DNA of 64,000 nucleotides. It comes from Clostridia bacterium (GTDB lineage: Bacteria > Bacillota > Clostridia > Oscillospirales > CAG-272). How positions within the stretch are numbered: the stretch's first letter is position 1; each line of letters starts with the position of its first letter. Positions 53,460 to 63,001 of this stretch are shown here, one piece after another. The stretch lies in NCBI GenBank assembly GCA_017447775.1, contig JAFSMU010000010.1:12008-76007 (forward strand), read 5' to 3'. Both the position numbers and the translations under genes were made by a program. The notes below the pieces were generated by a model. It worked only from the letters and a program-made list of their open reading frames with translations, did no database searches and had not been told where the DNA came from.

Positions 53460-53490
53460 AAAAAAGCAGGGCAAACGCCCTGCTTTTTTT
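53460..53490. terminator. bidirectional terminator (membrane-protein unit on +, thiT-thiN on -)
   Basis: aaaaagcagggc-aaac-gccctgcttttttt. Confidence 0.8.
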
Positions 53491-53499
53491 CACCATAAG

Positions 53500-54108
53500 C
53501 TATTTTCTCGATAAAATCGCCAAAAGAATACCAGATTTTACTTCAACGCTTGCATAGTCGGCAGTTATCTCATTGCTGACGCCAAGCGGGAACGACGTAT
53601 CAAGCGACGCGCCGGAAAGGACGTACTTTGTCCCACTGATGCTCACCCCGTCGCATTTGCCGCCGAAAGCGAACAGGGAAAGATAAAATCCGTCGCGGCG
53701 CGTAATTTTCGCGCCTTTTTCAATCAAAAACGCTTCGTTGTCGCCGTCGCGCAAAAACGCTTTTGAGCCGTTGTCGAGAGCATATTTCAGCGACTGCAAA
53801 TTTGCGACTGTGTGATCGAGCCTTCCGCCGATGCCGCCCGCGATGAGTATTTCGTCGGCGCCCATTTTAATGGCGTGTTTTATGCAAAGCATTGTGTCGG
53901 TATCGTCCTTTTCGCACGGAACGCGGACAATTTTTGCGTCGGGGACGCTGCCGTGGTCAAAATCGCCTATAACGATATCCGGCACAAGCCCGGCGCCTGT
54001 CGCAATATCGTATGAAGCGTCAGCGCAGACGATCCCGTCAAATTTCTCACCGCGAATAATATCCGAAAGCGCGCCGCAGATATAAGGCGTTACGATAAGA
54101 TATCTCAT
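53500..54108 (-). CDS. thiN: thiamine diphosphokinase
   Basis: MRYLIVTPYICG...VIGDFDH...DDTDTM and a C-terminal TPK B1-binding domain. Start ATG 54108, with a 4-nt ATGA overlap with thiT. Confidence 0.88.
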   Translation of the reverse strand: MRYLIVTPYICGALSDIIRGEKFDGIVCADASYDIATGAGLVPDIVIGDFDHGSVPDAKIVRVPCEKDDTDTMLCIKHAIKMGADEILIAGGIGGRLDHTVANLQSLKYALDNGSKAFLRDGDNEAFLIEKGAKITRRDGFYLSLFAFGGKCDGVSISGTKYVLSGASLDTSFPLGVSNEITADYASVEVKSGILLAILSRK

Positions 54109-54776
54109 GCGTTGACTTTTCTGATATAAGGAATGCGCGCCACGGCAACTGACGCGGCGATCGTTATGATGATCTCGGGTATCATGTAGCATCCGTTATA
54201 TATTATAGAATAGATTATTGCAAGCCCCGCGCCGCTGAACGTTTTCATTATCCAAGCACTTACCGCAAGATCTTTGATGACGGTATCTGTGAAGAACCAT
54301 TCCGCCCACGCGCCATAGAAAATAGCTCCGCTTAAAACGTGGAACGCGTAACAAACGAGAAGCGCAACGGCAGAGCCGGCGATAAGCGCGCCTGTTTTGC
54401 TTTTTATAACACGTCTGAATATGCCGCCGAGTCCGAGGGAAGTGTACGCGAGTATATAATCAATGAAGATAATGATAAGCCCCGTGAAAACAGTAAACCC
54501 CGAATCGGGCAAAAACAGACCGGCAACAGTGCCGCTTGAACCGTGAATCAGAGATACGATTATCTGTATCACCGAATACGTAAACGAGGAAAACAGCCCC
54601 CATTTCAGCCCGTACATATATGAAATGATAACGATCGGCAGCATGCTTGCAAATGTGATCGTCCCGCCGAAAGGTAGGTTCAAAAACGGAATAAACTCGC
54701 ACACAACGGCGATCACGGTTGAGATCGCCAAAAGAACGGCTGACGTCGTCAGGCGCGAAATGCTCTCTCTTTTCAT
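54105..54776 (-). CDS. thiT: ECF-transporter S component for thiamine (ThiT)
   Basis: 223-aa six-TM protein directly downstream of a TPP riboswitch and upstream of thiN. Confidence 0.85.
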   Translation of the reverse strand: MKRESISRLTTSAVLLAISTVIAVVCEFIPFLNLPFGGTITFASMLPIVIISYMYGLKWGLFSSFTYSVIQIIVSLIHGSSGTVAGLFLPDSGFTVFTGLIIIFIDYILAYTSLGLGGIFRRVIKSKTGALIAGSAVALLVCYAFHVLSGAIFYGAWAEWFFTDTVIKDLAVSAWIMKTFSGAGLAIIYSIIYNGCYMIPEIIITIAASVAVARIPYIRKVNA

Positions 54777-54792
54777 AAAATCACCTCAAAAT

Positions 54793-54924
54793 AAAAATTA
54801 CCGCAAACGAATAATTGCGGTAAAGTAAATCTTCCTACGCCGGTATTATCCGTATCAGGTCAAAGGGTTCGGGCGATGCCCGTCTCAGCAAAACGCACCC
54901 CTGATTATATTTAATTGCGGTAAA
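54793..54924 (-). promoter_or_regulatory. TPP (THI-box) riboswitch with terminator expression platform
   Basis: The minus strand reads CAGGGGUGC...GCUGAGA...ACCCUUUGACCUGAUACGGAUAAUACCGGCGUAGGAAG. This is followed by the hairpin UUACCGCAA-UUAUUCG-UUUGCGGUAA, UUUUUAUUUU and the RBS GAGGUGA. Confidence 0.92.
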
Positions 54925-54927
54925 TTG

Positions 54928-54956
54928 ATAATACACCAAAACGGGAAAAAAGTCAA
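54928..54956 (-). promoter_or_regulatory. sigma-A type promoter driving the TPP riboswitch-thiT-thiN unit
   Basis: The minus strand reads TTGACT-17 nt-TATTAT. Confidence 0.55.
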
Positions 54957-55065
54957 TATCTTCCGCTAAAAAATATTCCGTCAGCAGTCTGAAATAAAAA
55001 AACCGTATTTTTTGCACTTTGACATTCAGTTTACAAAAAATTCACACTTTTTTATGTAAAAACTA

Positions 55066-55094
55066 TTGACAAATGGGCACAATAGTGGTAAATT
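55066..55094 (+). promoter_or_regulatory. sigma-A promoter of the hrcA-grpE-dnaK-dnaJ operon
   Basis: TTGACA-17 nt-TAAATT, with TG 1 nt upstream of the -10. Confidence 0.6.
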
Positions 55095-55105
55095 AGTATC
55101 ATAGA

Positions 55106-55132
55106 TTAGCACTTTGAACACAAGAGTGCTAA
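55106..55132 (+). promoter_or_regulatory. CIRCE operator (HrcA binding site)
   Basis: TTAGCACTT-TGAACACAA-GAGTGCTAA compared with the consensus TTAGCACTC-N9-GAGTGCTAA. Confidence 0.92.
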
Positions 55133-55149
55133 AAATGAGGAGGGTAGGT

Positions 55150-56238
55150 TTGAGCAAGGAAGTACTCGGCGGCGAAGAACTGAGCCGCAGAAAAAAACAG
55201 ATATTGCGCTCTGTCATAGAAGCGCACATTATGCTCGGCGAGCCGGTCGGCTCCAAATATCTTACAACAAACGCGGATATTCCGTTTTCCTCAGCAACAA
55301 TAAGAAACGAAATGGCGGAGCTTGAAGCCATGGGGTATCTCGAGCAGCCGCATACGTCATCGGGTAGGATCCCGACAAAAGCAGGGTACAGATTTTACGT
55401 CGACAGCCTGATGGACAGCTACAAGCTGACAGCGTCCGAGATCGTAACGCTGAATAATATGCTTCGCTCGAAAATAGGCGAGCTTGACAGCATACTTCAA
55501 AGCGCGTCAAAGCTTGTTGCCGCGCTTACAAATTACCCGACTGTCGCCGTTAAGACGACGTCGAGCGAAAACGTCGTTGAGCAGTTTTCGTATATGCTGA
55601 TGGGCGATAATGATTTTCTTCTCGTTATGCGCTTATCAGACGGCACGGTAAAATCAAAGCACATCAAAACGGACTTCTCGCTTGACAAAAATATACTTGA
55701 TACGCTCACCGATCAGCTCAACACATACGTTGCAAACGTATCGCCCGAAACGATAACTCTGCCGCTTATGATGCAGCTTGAAAAGAGCCTTGGCGACGCG
55801 GGCAAACTCGTCGATCTGTCGATAAAGGCGGTGTACGAAAACACAGTCAGCAGCGATGACAGCAGCGTAAGCTTTGAGGGCGTCGGAAAGCTTCTCGAAT
55901 ATCCGGAATTTGCAAGCGTCGATCAGATGAAGAGCGTGCTCAATATGATCGAGGACAAAGACGGGATAATCAATATAATGAAAGAGGGCGACGCCGACAA
56001 AGTCAACGTCGTCATCGGCGAGGATGATGAAAAGCTCGCGGAACATTCGGCGTTCATATTCCGCAAACTCGTGGTCGACGGCAAAGTCGTCGGCGCGATA
56101 GGAGTTTTCGGGCCGAGCCGGATGGACTATTCAAAAGTTGTTTCAACTGTCGAGTATTTGTCAGATCAGATATCGAAAACACTCGGCACGGCGCTCCCGG
56201 AGAAAAAAGACGACGATGGCGCCGACACAAAGACATAG
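55150..56238 (+). CDS. hrcA: heat-inducible transcription repressor HrcA
   Basis: LSRRKKQILRSVIEAHIMLGEPVGSKYL is the canonical HrcA winged helix. The track start at 55114 lies inside CIRCE. TTG 55150 lies 6 nt after GAGGAGG; ATG 55135 is an alternative. Confidence 0.9.
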   Translation: MSKEVLGGEELSRRKKQILRSVIEAHIMLGEPVGSKYLTTNADIPFSSATIRNEMAELEAMGYLEQPHTSSGRIPTKAGYRFYVDSLMDSYKLTASEIVTLNNMLRSKIGELDSILQSASKLVAALTNYPTVAVKTTSSENVVEQFSYMLMGDNDFLLVMRLSDGTVKSKHIKTDFSLDKNILDTLTDQLNTYVANVSPETITLPLMMQLEKSLGDAGKLVDLSIKAVYENTVSSDDSSVSFEGVGKLLEYPEFASVDQMKSVLNMIEDKDGIINIMKEGDADKVNVVIGEDDEKLAEHSAFIFRKLVVDGKVVGAIGVFGPSRMDYSKVVSTVEYLSDQISKTLGTALPEKKDDDGADTKT

Positions 56239-56259
56239 GCGTGAAAGGGATGACATACA

Positions 56260-56811
56260 ATGGATGAAGAAAAAGTAGAAAAAACAGAACAGACCGACGA
56301 TAAATCGGAAAAAAAAGAAGCGAAAGCTCAAAAATCGGAAACAAAGAAGCTGACTGCCGAGATCGAAAGCCTTAAAGAAGAAAACAAAAAGCTTTCGGGC
56401 GAGCTTGAAAGCGAGAAGGACAAATACCTTCGTATGCTTGCGGAATATGATAATTTCCGCCGCCGCACAAAGGCAGACAGGGAAAACATATATGCAGACG
56501 CTTACGGCGAGGCGCTCGGCGAGCTGCTCCCGATAATCGACAATATCGAGCGCGCGATCAACTTTGCGGACAGCGCAAGCTTTGCAGACGGTATGAAAGC
56601 GATAGTCGGGCAGGTCGCATCGGCGATGGAAAAGCTCGGAGTTGAAACATTCGGAAACGTCGGAGAAACGTTTGATCCGATGCTTCACAACGCGGTCATG
56701 CACGTCGACGATGAAAATCTCGGCGAGAACGTTATCGCGGACGTATTCCAGAAGGGATACAAAAAAGGCGACAGGATCATCAGACACGCGATGGTCAAAG
56801 TCGCAAACTGA
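56260..56811 (+). CDS. grpE: nucleotide exchange factor GrpE
   Basis: YLRMLAEYDNFRRRT and FDPMLHNAVMHV are GrpE signatures. Confidence 0.94.
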   Translation: MDEEKVEKTEQTDDKSEKKEAKAQKSETKKLTAEIESLKEENKKLSGELESEKDKYLRMLAEYDNFRRRTKADRENIYADAYGEALGELLPIIDNIERAINFADSASFADGMKAIVGQVASAMEKLGVETFGNVGETFDPMLHNAVMHVDDENLGENVIADVFQKGYKKGDRIIRHAMVKVAN

Positions 56812-56854
56812 AATCGTTAAAAAATAAATCACATATATTTCGGAGGTAATCATC

Positions 56855-58678
56855 ATGGCAAAAATTATTGGTATTGACCTTGGCACAACAAACTCTTGTG
56901 TTGCGGTTTACGAGGGCGGCGAGCCTATCGTTATAACAAATCCGGAGGGCGCGAGAACGACTCCGTCAGTCGTTGCTTTCTCCAAAACAGGCGAAAGAAT
57001 GGTAGGTCAGGTCGCAAAAAGACAGGCGGTTACAAACAGCGACAGAACCGTTATGAGTATAAAGAGACACATGGGCTCTGATTACAAGGTCGACATCGAC
57101 GGCAAAAAGTACACACCGCAGGAGATATCCGCGATGGTTCTTCAAAAGCTGAAAGCTGACGCTGAGGCATACCTCGGAACGACTGTTTCTCAGGCTGTTA
57201 TCACTGTCCCCGCATACTTTACGGACTCGCAGCGTCAGGCAACAAAGGACGCCGGCAAGATCGCAGGACTTGAAGTTCTTCGTATCATCAACGAGCCGAC
57301 GGCGGCAGCTCTTGCGTACGGTGTTGACAAAGAGGGAAGCGAGCAGAAAATAATGGTGTTCGACCTCGGCGGCGGCACGTTTGATGTATCTATTCTTGAA
57401 ATTTCAGACGGAGTGTTTGAAGTTCTTGCGACAAACGGCAACACTCGCCTCGGCGGCGACGACTTCGACCAGAGAATAATCGACTGGATCGCAGATACGT
57501 TCCAGAAGGAAAACGGAATTGACCTTCGCAAAGACAAAATGGCGCTTCAAAGACTCAAAGAAGCGGCAGAGAAGGCAAAGATCGAGCTTTCCGGCATGAT
57601 GAGCGCAAACATCAACCTTCCGTTCATCACAGCGGACGCTACAGGCCCGAAGCACTTTGTAGCCGACCTTTCGAGAGCCAAATTCAACGAACTGACTTCT
57701 GATCTTGTTGAGGCTTGCATGGGACCGTGCAAGAAGGCGCTTGCAGACGCGGGACTGAATATTTCTCAGATCAATAAGGTCCTTCTTGTCGGCGGTTCTA
57801 CGAGAATTCCGGCTGTTCAGGACGCTGTCAAAGCGTTTACGGGCAAGGATCCGTTCAAGGGCATCAACCCCGACGAGTGCGTTGCGGTCGGCGCTGCTAT
57901 CCAGGCTGGCGTCCTCGGCGGCGAAGTAAAAGATCTGCTTCTGCTCGACGTAACGCCGCTTTCACTCGGCATTGAAACGCTGGGCGGCATCTGCACAAAG
58001 ATCATCGACAGAAATACGACAATCCCTGTTAAGAAATCTCAGGTATTCTCAACGGCCGCTGACGGTCAGACGAGCGTTGATATCCACGTTCTCCAAGGCG
58101 AGCGCGAAAGAGCAGACGGCAACACGACTCTCGGCCGCTTCTCACTTGACGGCATCGCTCCGGCGCCGCGCGGCATCCCTCAAATCGAGGTCACGTTTGA
58201 CATCGATGCAAACGGCATCGTAAACGTAAGCGCAAAGGACAAAGGCACAGGCAAAGAACAGCATATCACGATCACATCCTCGACGAATATGAGCAAAGAG
58301 GACATCGACCGCGCCGTCAAAGAGGCGGAGAAATTCGCGGAAGAGGACAGAAAGCTTAAAGACCTTGTTGACGCGAAGAACCACGCGGAAGCTCTCGTTA
58401 TCCAGTGTGAAAAAGTTCTTTCCGACGCGGGCGACAAGATCAGCGACGGCGACAAGGAAACGGTACGCGGCGAGATCGAAAAGCTCAAAGAGGCGATCAA
58501 GTCCGACAATGCCGATACTATAAAGTCGGCAACCGACGAATTCCAGAAGAAGTTCTACGAAGTATCCGAAAAGCTTTATCGTTCGCAGGGCGGCAACGCA
58601 GGCGCAGGCGATCAAGGCGCTGCCGGAACACAGAACGACGACGGCTCGTTCAACGCCGATTTTACTGAAAAACAATAA
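56855..58678 (+). CDS. dnaK: molecular chaperone DnaK (Hsp70)
   Basis: [26 protein letters not shown] and [13 protein letters not shown]. Confidence 0.97.
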   Translation: MAKIIGIDLGTTNSCVAVYEGGEPIVITNPEGARTTPSVVAFSKTGERMVGQVAKRQAVTNSDRTVMSIKRHMGSDYKVDIDGKKYTPQEISAMVLQKLKADAEAYLGTTVSQAVITVPAYFTDSQRQATKDAGKIAGLEVLRIINEPTAAALAYGVDKEGSEQKIMVFDLGGGTFDVSILEISDGVFEVLATNGNTRLGGDDFDQRIIDWIADTFQKENGIDLRKDKMALQRLKEAAEKAKIELSGMMSANINLPFITADATGPKHFVADLSRAKFNELTSDLVEACMGPCKKALADAGLNISQINKVLLVGGSTRIPAVQDAVKAFTGKDPFKGINPDECVAVGAAIQAGVLGGEVKDLLLLDVTPLSLGIETLGGICTKIIDRNTTIPVKKSQVFSTAADGQTSVDIHVLQGERERADGNTTLGRFSLDGIAPAPRGIPQIEVTFDIDANGIVNVSAKDKGTGKEQHITITSSTNMSKEDIDRAVKEAEKFAEEDRKLKDLVDAKNHAEALVIQCEKVLSDAGDKISDGDKETVRGEIEKLKEAIKSDNADTIKSATDEFQKKFYEVSEKLYRSQGGNAGAGDQGAAGTQNDDGSFNADFTEKQ

Positions 58679-58694
58679 TTCAAATTCTTGCAAA

Positions 58695-58714
58695 GAGGCG
58701 GGATATCCCGCCTC
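58695..58714 (+). promoter_or_regulatory. stem-loop between dnaK and dnaJ
   Basis: gaggcggg-atat-cccgcctc is a perfect 8-bp stem with no U-tract. Confidence 0.35.
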
Positions 58715-58738
58715 AATGCTTGATTTTCGGAGAAAACA

Positions 58739-59869
58739 ATGAAAGACTACTACGAGGTCCTCGGCGTATCCAAAAGCGCCGACGACGAAGAAATAAAAAA
58801 GGCGTACCGAAAGCTTGCAAAGCAGTATCATCCCGATATGCACCCCGGCGACAAGACCGCCGAGGAAAAATTCAAAGAAGTTAACCAAGCGTATGCGGTG
58901 CTGTCTGATCCCGACAAGCGCAAAAAATACGACCAGTTCGGTTCGGAAGCGGCCGAGGGCAATGGCGGCGGATACAGCGGCGGTTTCGGTAACTTCGGCG
59001 GATTTACGGGCGGTATGGACTTTGACCTTTCCGACCTTTTCGGCGACTTTTTCGGCGGCAGCAGGACAAATACCCGCCGGAGCGGGCCCGAGCGCGGCGA
59101 CGATCTTCTTCAACGCGTTTTCATCTCGTTTGAAGAGGCGGCATTCGGCTGCAAAAAGGACATAAAATACACAAAGATAGACCGTTGTGCAGATTGCGGC
59201 GGAACGGGCGCGGCGAAGGGAACAACGCCGAAGGTCTGCTCAAAATGCGGCGGCACCGGCAGGATCAAAGTTCAGCAGAGAACCCCGTTTGGCGTTATGC
59301 AGTCGACGCGCGAATGTGATGAATGCGGCGGCAGAGGTGAAACGATACCGAATCCTTGCAAGGGGTGCGGCGGAAGCGGAGTCAAGAACGTAACGAAAAC
59401 TCTCGAAGTTTCGATCCCCGCGGGAATTGACAATGGCCAGCGTATAACGCTTCGCGGCATGGGAAACGCCGGAAAACGCGGCGGCCCGGCGGGCGATCTT
59501 TATATTTCCGTTCAAGTAAGACCGCACGCGCTGTTTGAGCGCGACGGATTCAATATCTACTGCGATATACCGATAACGTTTGCGGAAGCGGCGCTCGGCG
59601 CAACGATCTCCGTGCCCACACTCGACGGAAAAACGACGTTCCAGATCCCCGAAGGGACGCAAACCGGCACTGCTTTCACACTGAAAGGCAATGGAATTCA
59701 GAACATAAACGGACGCGGACGCGGCGACCTTATTTTCCGCGTCAACATTGAAGTTCCGAGATCACTGAACGACAACCAAAAAGACGCTTTGCGCCGTTTT
59801 GCAGACGCTTGCGGAATGTCAAATTACACAAAACGTGAAAAATTCTTCAAAAAATTCGGGAAGGGATAA
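58739..59869 (+). CDS. dnaJ: molecular chaperone DnaJ
   Basis: J-domain with HPD (YHPDMHPGD), a G/F-rich region and four CxxCxGxG zinc-finger repeats. Confidence 0.96.
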   Translation: MKDYYEVLGVSKSADDEEIKKAYRKLAKQYHPDMHPGDKTAEEKFKEVNQAYAVLSDPDKRKKYDQFGSEAAEGNGGGYSGGFGNFGGFTGGMDFDLSDLFGDFFGGSRTNTRRSGPERGDDLLQRVFISFEEAAFGCKKDIKYTKIDRCADCGGTGAAKGTTPKVCSKCGGTGRIKVQQRTPFGVMQSTRECDECGGRGETIPNPCKGCGGSGVKNVTKTLEVSIPAGIDNGQRITLRGMGNAGKRGGPAGDLYISVQVRPHALFERDGFNIYCDIPITFAEAALGATISVPTLDGKTTFQIPEGTQTGTAFTLKGNGIQNINGRGRGDLIFRVNIEVPRSLNDNQKDALRRFADACGMSNYTKREKFFKKFGKG

Positions 59870-59874
59870 ATAAA

Positions 59875-60795
59875 ATGCTCTGGACACAGGTCAAAGTTAC
59901 ATGCAAGGTTTCCGATCTTGACTCGGTATGCGCCGTTATGTCGATGCTTGAAAATTCCGTTCAGATCGAGGATTACAGCGATCTTGATACGACGCTTCGC
60001 ACGGTTTACGGCGATCTCATCGACGAAAGCATAAAAAACGCCGATAAAAGCATAGCGTCGTGCAGTATTTACGTTCCAGAGGAAAGAAATCTTTCCGAAT
60101 ATCTCTCTTACATCAAAACAAAGCTCGACGAGCTGAAAATTTCAGCCAAAACCGAGATAATAGGCTGCGACGAGGAAGAATGGTCGACCGCGTGGAAAAA
60201 ATACTACAAGCCCACTCGCGTCGGCGAGCATATCGTTGTCGTTCCGAGTTGGGAAAAATACTCGCCGAAAGACGACGACGTTGTGATCGATATGGATCCC
60301 GGAATGGCATTCGGCACGGGAACGCACGAAACAACGCGACTTTGCGCGGCGCTCCTCGAAAAGAACGTATCGCGCGGCGACTATATGCTTGACGTCGGAA
60401 GCGGCAGTGGAATTCTTGCGATCGTGGCGAAAAAAATGGGCGCCGACTATGTTGCGGGATGCGACATAGACGAGGTTGCGGTACGCACCGAAAAAGAAAA
60501 CGCCGAGCGCAACGGATGCGATATCGATTTTTATAAATCGGATCTGCTTAAAGGCGTAAAGCTTCACTGCGGGCGGAAGTTTGATATCGCGTGCGCGAAT
60601 ATCGTTGCCGATATCATAATCCGCATGTCAGACGATATCGGCGGATTTATCCGTGCGGGCGGACTTTTGATCGCGTCGGGTATTATCGACGAGCGCGAGG
60701 CCGAGGTCGACGGTGCGATAGTTTCAAACGGTTTTGAAAAGATCGACGCGCTTCACGAAAAGGGCTGGTGCGCATGCCTTTACAGAAAAAAATGA
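59875..60795 (+). CDS. prmA: ribosomal protein L11 methyltransferase
   Basis: IDMDPGMAFGTGTHETT and DVGSGSGILAI. Conserved position after dnaJ. Confidence 0.92.
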   Translation: MLWTQVKVTCKVSDLDSVCAVMSMLENSVQIEDYSDLDTTLRTVYGDLIDESIKNADKSIASCSIYVPEERNLSEYLSYIKTKLDELKISAKTEIIGCDEEEWSTAWKKYYKPTRVGEHIVVVPSWEKYSPKDDDVVIDMDPGMAFGTGTHETTRLCAALLEKNVSRGDYMLDVGSGSGILAIVAKKMGADYVAGCDIDEVAVRTEKENAERNGCDIDFYKSDLLKGVKLHCGRKFDIACANIVADIIIRMSDDIGGFIRAGGLLIASGIIDEREAEVDGAIVSNGFEKIDALHEKGWCACLYRKK

Positions 60796-60800
60796 TTTTT

Positions 60801-60823
60801 CGGTCGGCTTAGCCGACCGTTTT
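60801..60823 (+). terminator. intrinsic terminator after prmA
   Basis: cggtcggc-tta-gccgaccg followed by tttt. Confidence 0.7.
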
Positions 60824-60836
60824 CATTTATATAAAT

Positions 60837-60865
60837 TTGACAAATGGCGCTATATGTAGTATAAT
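60837..60865 (+). promoter_or_regulatory. consensus sigma-A promoter of rsmE
   Basis: TTGACA-17 nt-TATAAT. Confidence 0.6.
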
Positions 60866-60894
60866 AGAAAAAAATAAAGTAAAGGATAACCGAT

Positions 60895-61650
60895 ATGCCG
60901 AAATTTTTTGTTCCGCCCGAACAGATTTATGACGATGAAATAATCATACTCGGCGACGACGCACGTCATATTTCAGCGTCGCTGAGAATGAAGACAGGCG
61001 ATACGCTTATCGTCTGCAATAAAAACAAAAGAGATTACGAGTGTATCATTTCGTCTGTCGAAAACGGGATAGTTAAAGCCGAGATAGTATCGTCATCTGT
61101 TTGCGGCGCGGAACCTGCATACAATATCAGGCTCTATCAGTGCTTGCCGAAGGGCGAGAAGATGGAATATATCATTCAGAAAGCGGTAGAACTCGGCATT
61201 TCGTCGATCGTTCCCGTTTATTCCTCGCGCTGTATCGCAAAGCCGACGCAAAAGGGAAAAGACAACAGGGACAAAAAAACAGAGCGATATAATAAGATCG
61301 CTTACGAGGCGGCACAGCAGAGCGGCCGCGGGATAGTACCCGTCGTTTACGACTGCATTACTCTTGAACGAGCTTTTGCGGCGGCAAAGGGTGACGCTTT
61401 GTCTTTTGTCTGCTATGAAAACGAAAACGGTATAACGGTAAAAAACCTTTTCTCAAGCTTTGACAGGGCCAAAAACCCGAGCGGGACAATTTCGTTTTTT
61501 GTAGGTCCTGAGGGGGGCTTTTCAAAGGAGGAGGTTTTGTTTGCATCAAAGCTCGGGATACCGTCGGTAAGCCTCGGCGAAAGAATACTCCGCACGGAAA
61601 CGGCGTCGTCGTTTGTTTTGTCGGCCTTGTCGTACGAAACGGAGATGTGA
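60895..61650 (+). CDS. rsmE: 16S rRNA (uracil1498-N3)-methyltransferase RsmE
   Basis: MPKFFVPPEQI...GDDARHI..SLRMK.GD and the C-terminal SPOUT knot GPEGGFS.EE...LG.RILRTETA. Confidence 0.9.
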   Translation: MPKFFVPPEQIYDDEIIILGDDARHISASLRMKTGDTLIVCNKNKRDYECIISSVENGIVKAEIVSSSVCGAEPAYNIRLYQCLPKGEKMEYIIQKAVELGISSIVPVYSSRCIAKPTQKGKDNRDKKTERYNKIAYEAAQQSGRGIVPVVYDCITLERAFAAAKGDALSFVCYENENGITVKNLFSSFDRAKNPSGTISFFVGPEGGFSKEEVLFASKLGIPSVSLGERILRTETASSFVLSALSYETEM

Positions 61651-61778
61651 AAAGACACGGAAAACGGCTTTGGTCGTTTTTAACACATGGTTTTTCAGCC
61701 TGTGATTGAAAGCAGGTGATTATTTGGTGTTCTTGTACATAAAATTAACAATTTTTTAGACAATTTTCCAAAAACCTA

Positions 61779-61807
61779 TTGCATTTTGACGAAATATATA
61801 GTAAAAT
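61779..61807 (+). promoter_or_regulatory. promoter-like boxes upstream of the PucR-family gene
   Basis: TTGCAT-17 nt-TAAAAT. Confidence 0.4.
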
Positions 61808-61837
61808 ACTTGTTGTGAAAATCAACAAGTATTTTTT
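61804..61837 (+). promoter_or_regulatory. perfect 12-bp inverted repeat overlapping the -10/start region (operator or leader hairpin)
   Basis: aaatacttgttg-tgaaaat-caacaagtattt followed by ttt. Confidence 0.5.
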
Positions 61838-61855
61838 CGGAAAGGGTGAAAAATT

Positions 61856-62941
61856 ATGTCAAGCAGGCTGTTTCAAGGCATAATTCATCAAATGAAAGAC
61901 GCGATAGGCCGCACCATCGGCGTTATCGACGAAAACGGAGTAATAATTGCGTGCAGTGACCTTGTAAAAATAGGCGAATCGCGTCAGAATATAAGAAAGG
62001 AAATGACGTATATTTCCGATATTATGGTTGCGGGCGGATACACTTACCGTCCAATGTCGCAGAGCGCCGGCTCGGAATATATCGTTTTTGTCGAAGGCGA
62101 GGACGTTCTCGCGGAGAAGTTGTCGCTTATCCTTGTCGTTTCGCTCAACAATATCAAATCATATCACGACGATAAATACGACAAAACGTCTTTTATCAAA
62201 AACATCATTCTTGACAATATTTTACCCGGCGATATATACGTTAAAAGCAAGGAGCTTCATTTTGCGACAGACGTGCTGAGAGTTGTGTTCCTTCTTAAAT
62301 TCCATCCCGGAACGGACATATCCTATTATGACGTAATAATGAATATGTTCCCGAACACAAATCAGGACTACGTCATCAGCACAAGTGAAAACGATATTGT
62401 CCTTGTGCGCGAAGTAAAGCCGGACAGCGACGTAAACGACTATAAAAAGACGGCAAAGCAGATAGCTGATACGATGATGGCTGAATTTTTGACAAAGGTA
62501 TCAATCGGTATCGGAAGCGCAGCCGAAAGCGTTAAGGACGTTGCGCGCTCGTATAGGGAAGCGCAGGCGGCGCTTGAAGTCGGCCACGTATTCGACACGG
62601 ACAAAAACATCGTAAGCTATGAAAACCTCGGCATCGGAAGGCTTATATATCAGCTTCCGACAACGATGTGCGAGATGTTCCTTGACGAAGTGTTCCAAAA
62701 GGAATCAATTGAAAAGCTTGACCAGGAAACGCTTTCGACAATTCAGAAATTCTTTGAAAACAACCTCAACGTTTCCGAAACGTCGAGAAAAATGTTCGTT
62801 CACAGAAATACGCTTGTTTACAGGCTTGAAAAGATCAAAAAAATGACGGGGCTTGATCTGCGCGAGTTTGAGGACGCGATCACATTCAAAGTTGCGCTTA
62901 TGGTAAAGAGATATCTTTCGTCAAAACCGAATAAGTATTAA
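61856..62941 (+). CDS. PucR/CdaR-family transcriptional regulator
   Basis: The C-terminal PucR HTH is NLNVSETSRKMFVHRNTLVYRLEKIKKMTGLD. The N-terminal part is a CdaR-like sensor domain. Confidence 0.85.
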   Translation: MSSRLFQGIIHQMKDAIGRTIGVIDENGVIIACSDLVKIGESRQNIRKEMTYISDIMVAGGYTYRPMSQSAGSEYIVFVEGEDVLAEKLSLILVVSLNNIKSYHDDKYDKTSFIKNIILDNILPGDIYVKSKELHFATDVLRVVFLLKFHPGTDISYYDVIMNMFPNTNQDYVISTSENDIVLVREVKPDSDVNDYKKTAKQIADTMMAEFLTKVSIGIGSAAESVKDVARSYREAQAALEVGHVFDTDKNIVSYENLGIGRLIYQLPTTMCEMFLDEVFQKESIEKLDQETLSTIQKFFENNLNVSETSRKMFVHRNTLVYRLEKIKKMTGLDLREFEDAITFKVALMVKRYLSSKPNKY

Positions 62942-63001
62942 AAAAGAATAATTTGAGCGATTCGTATGACTCGCTCAAATACTCATTTATAAGGAGATAG
63001 C

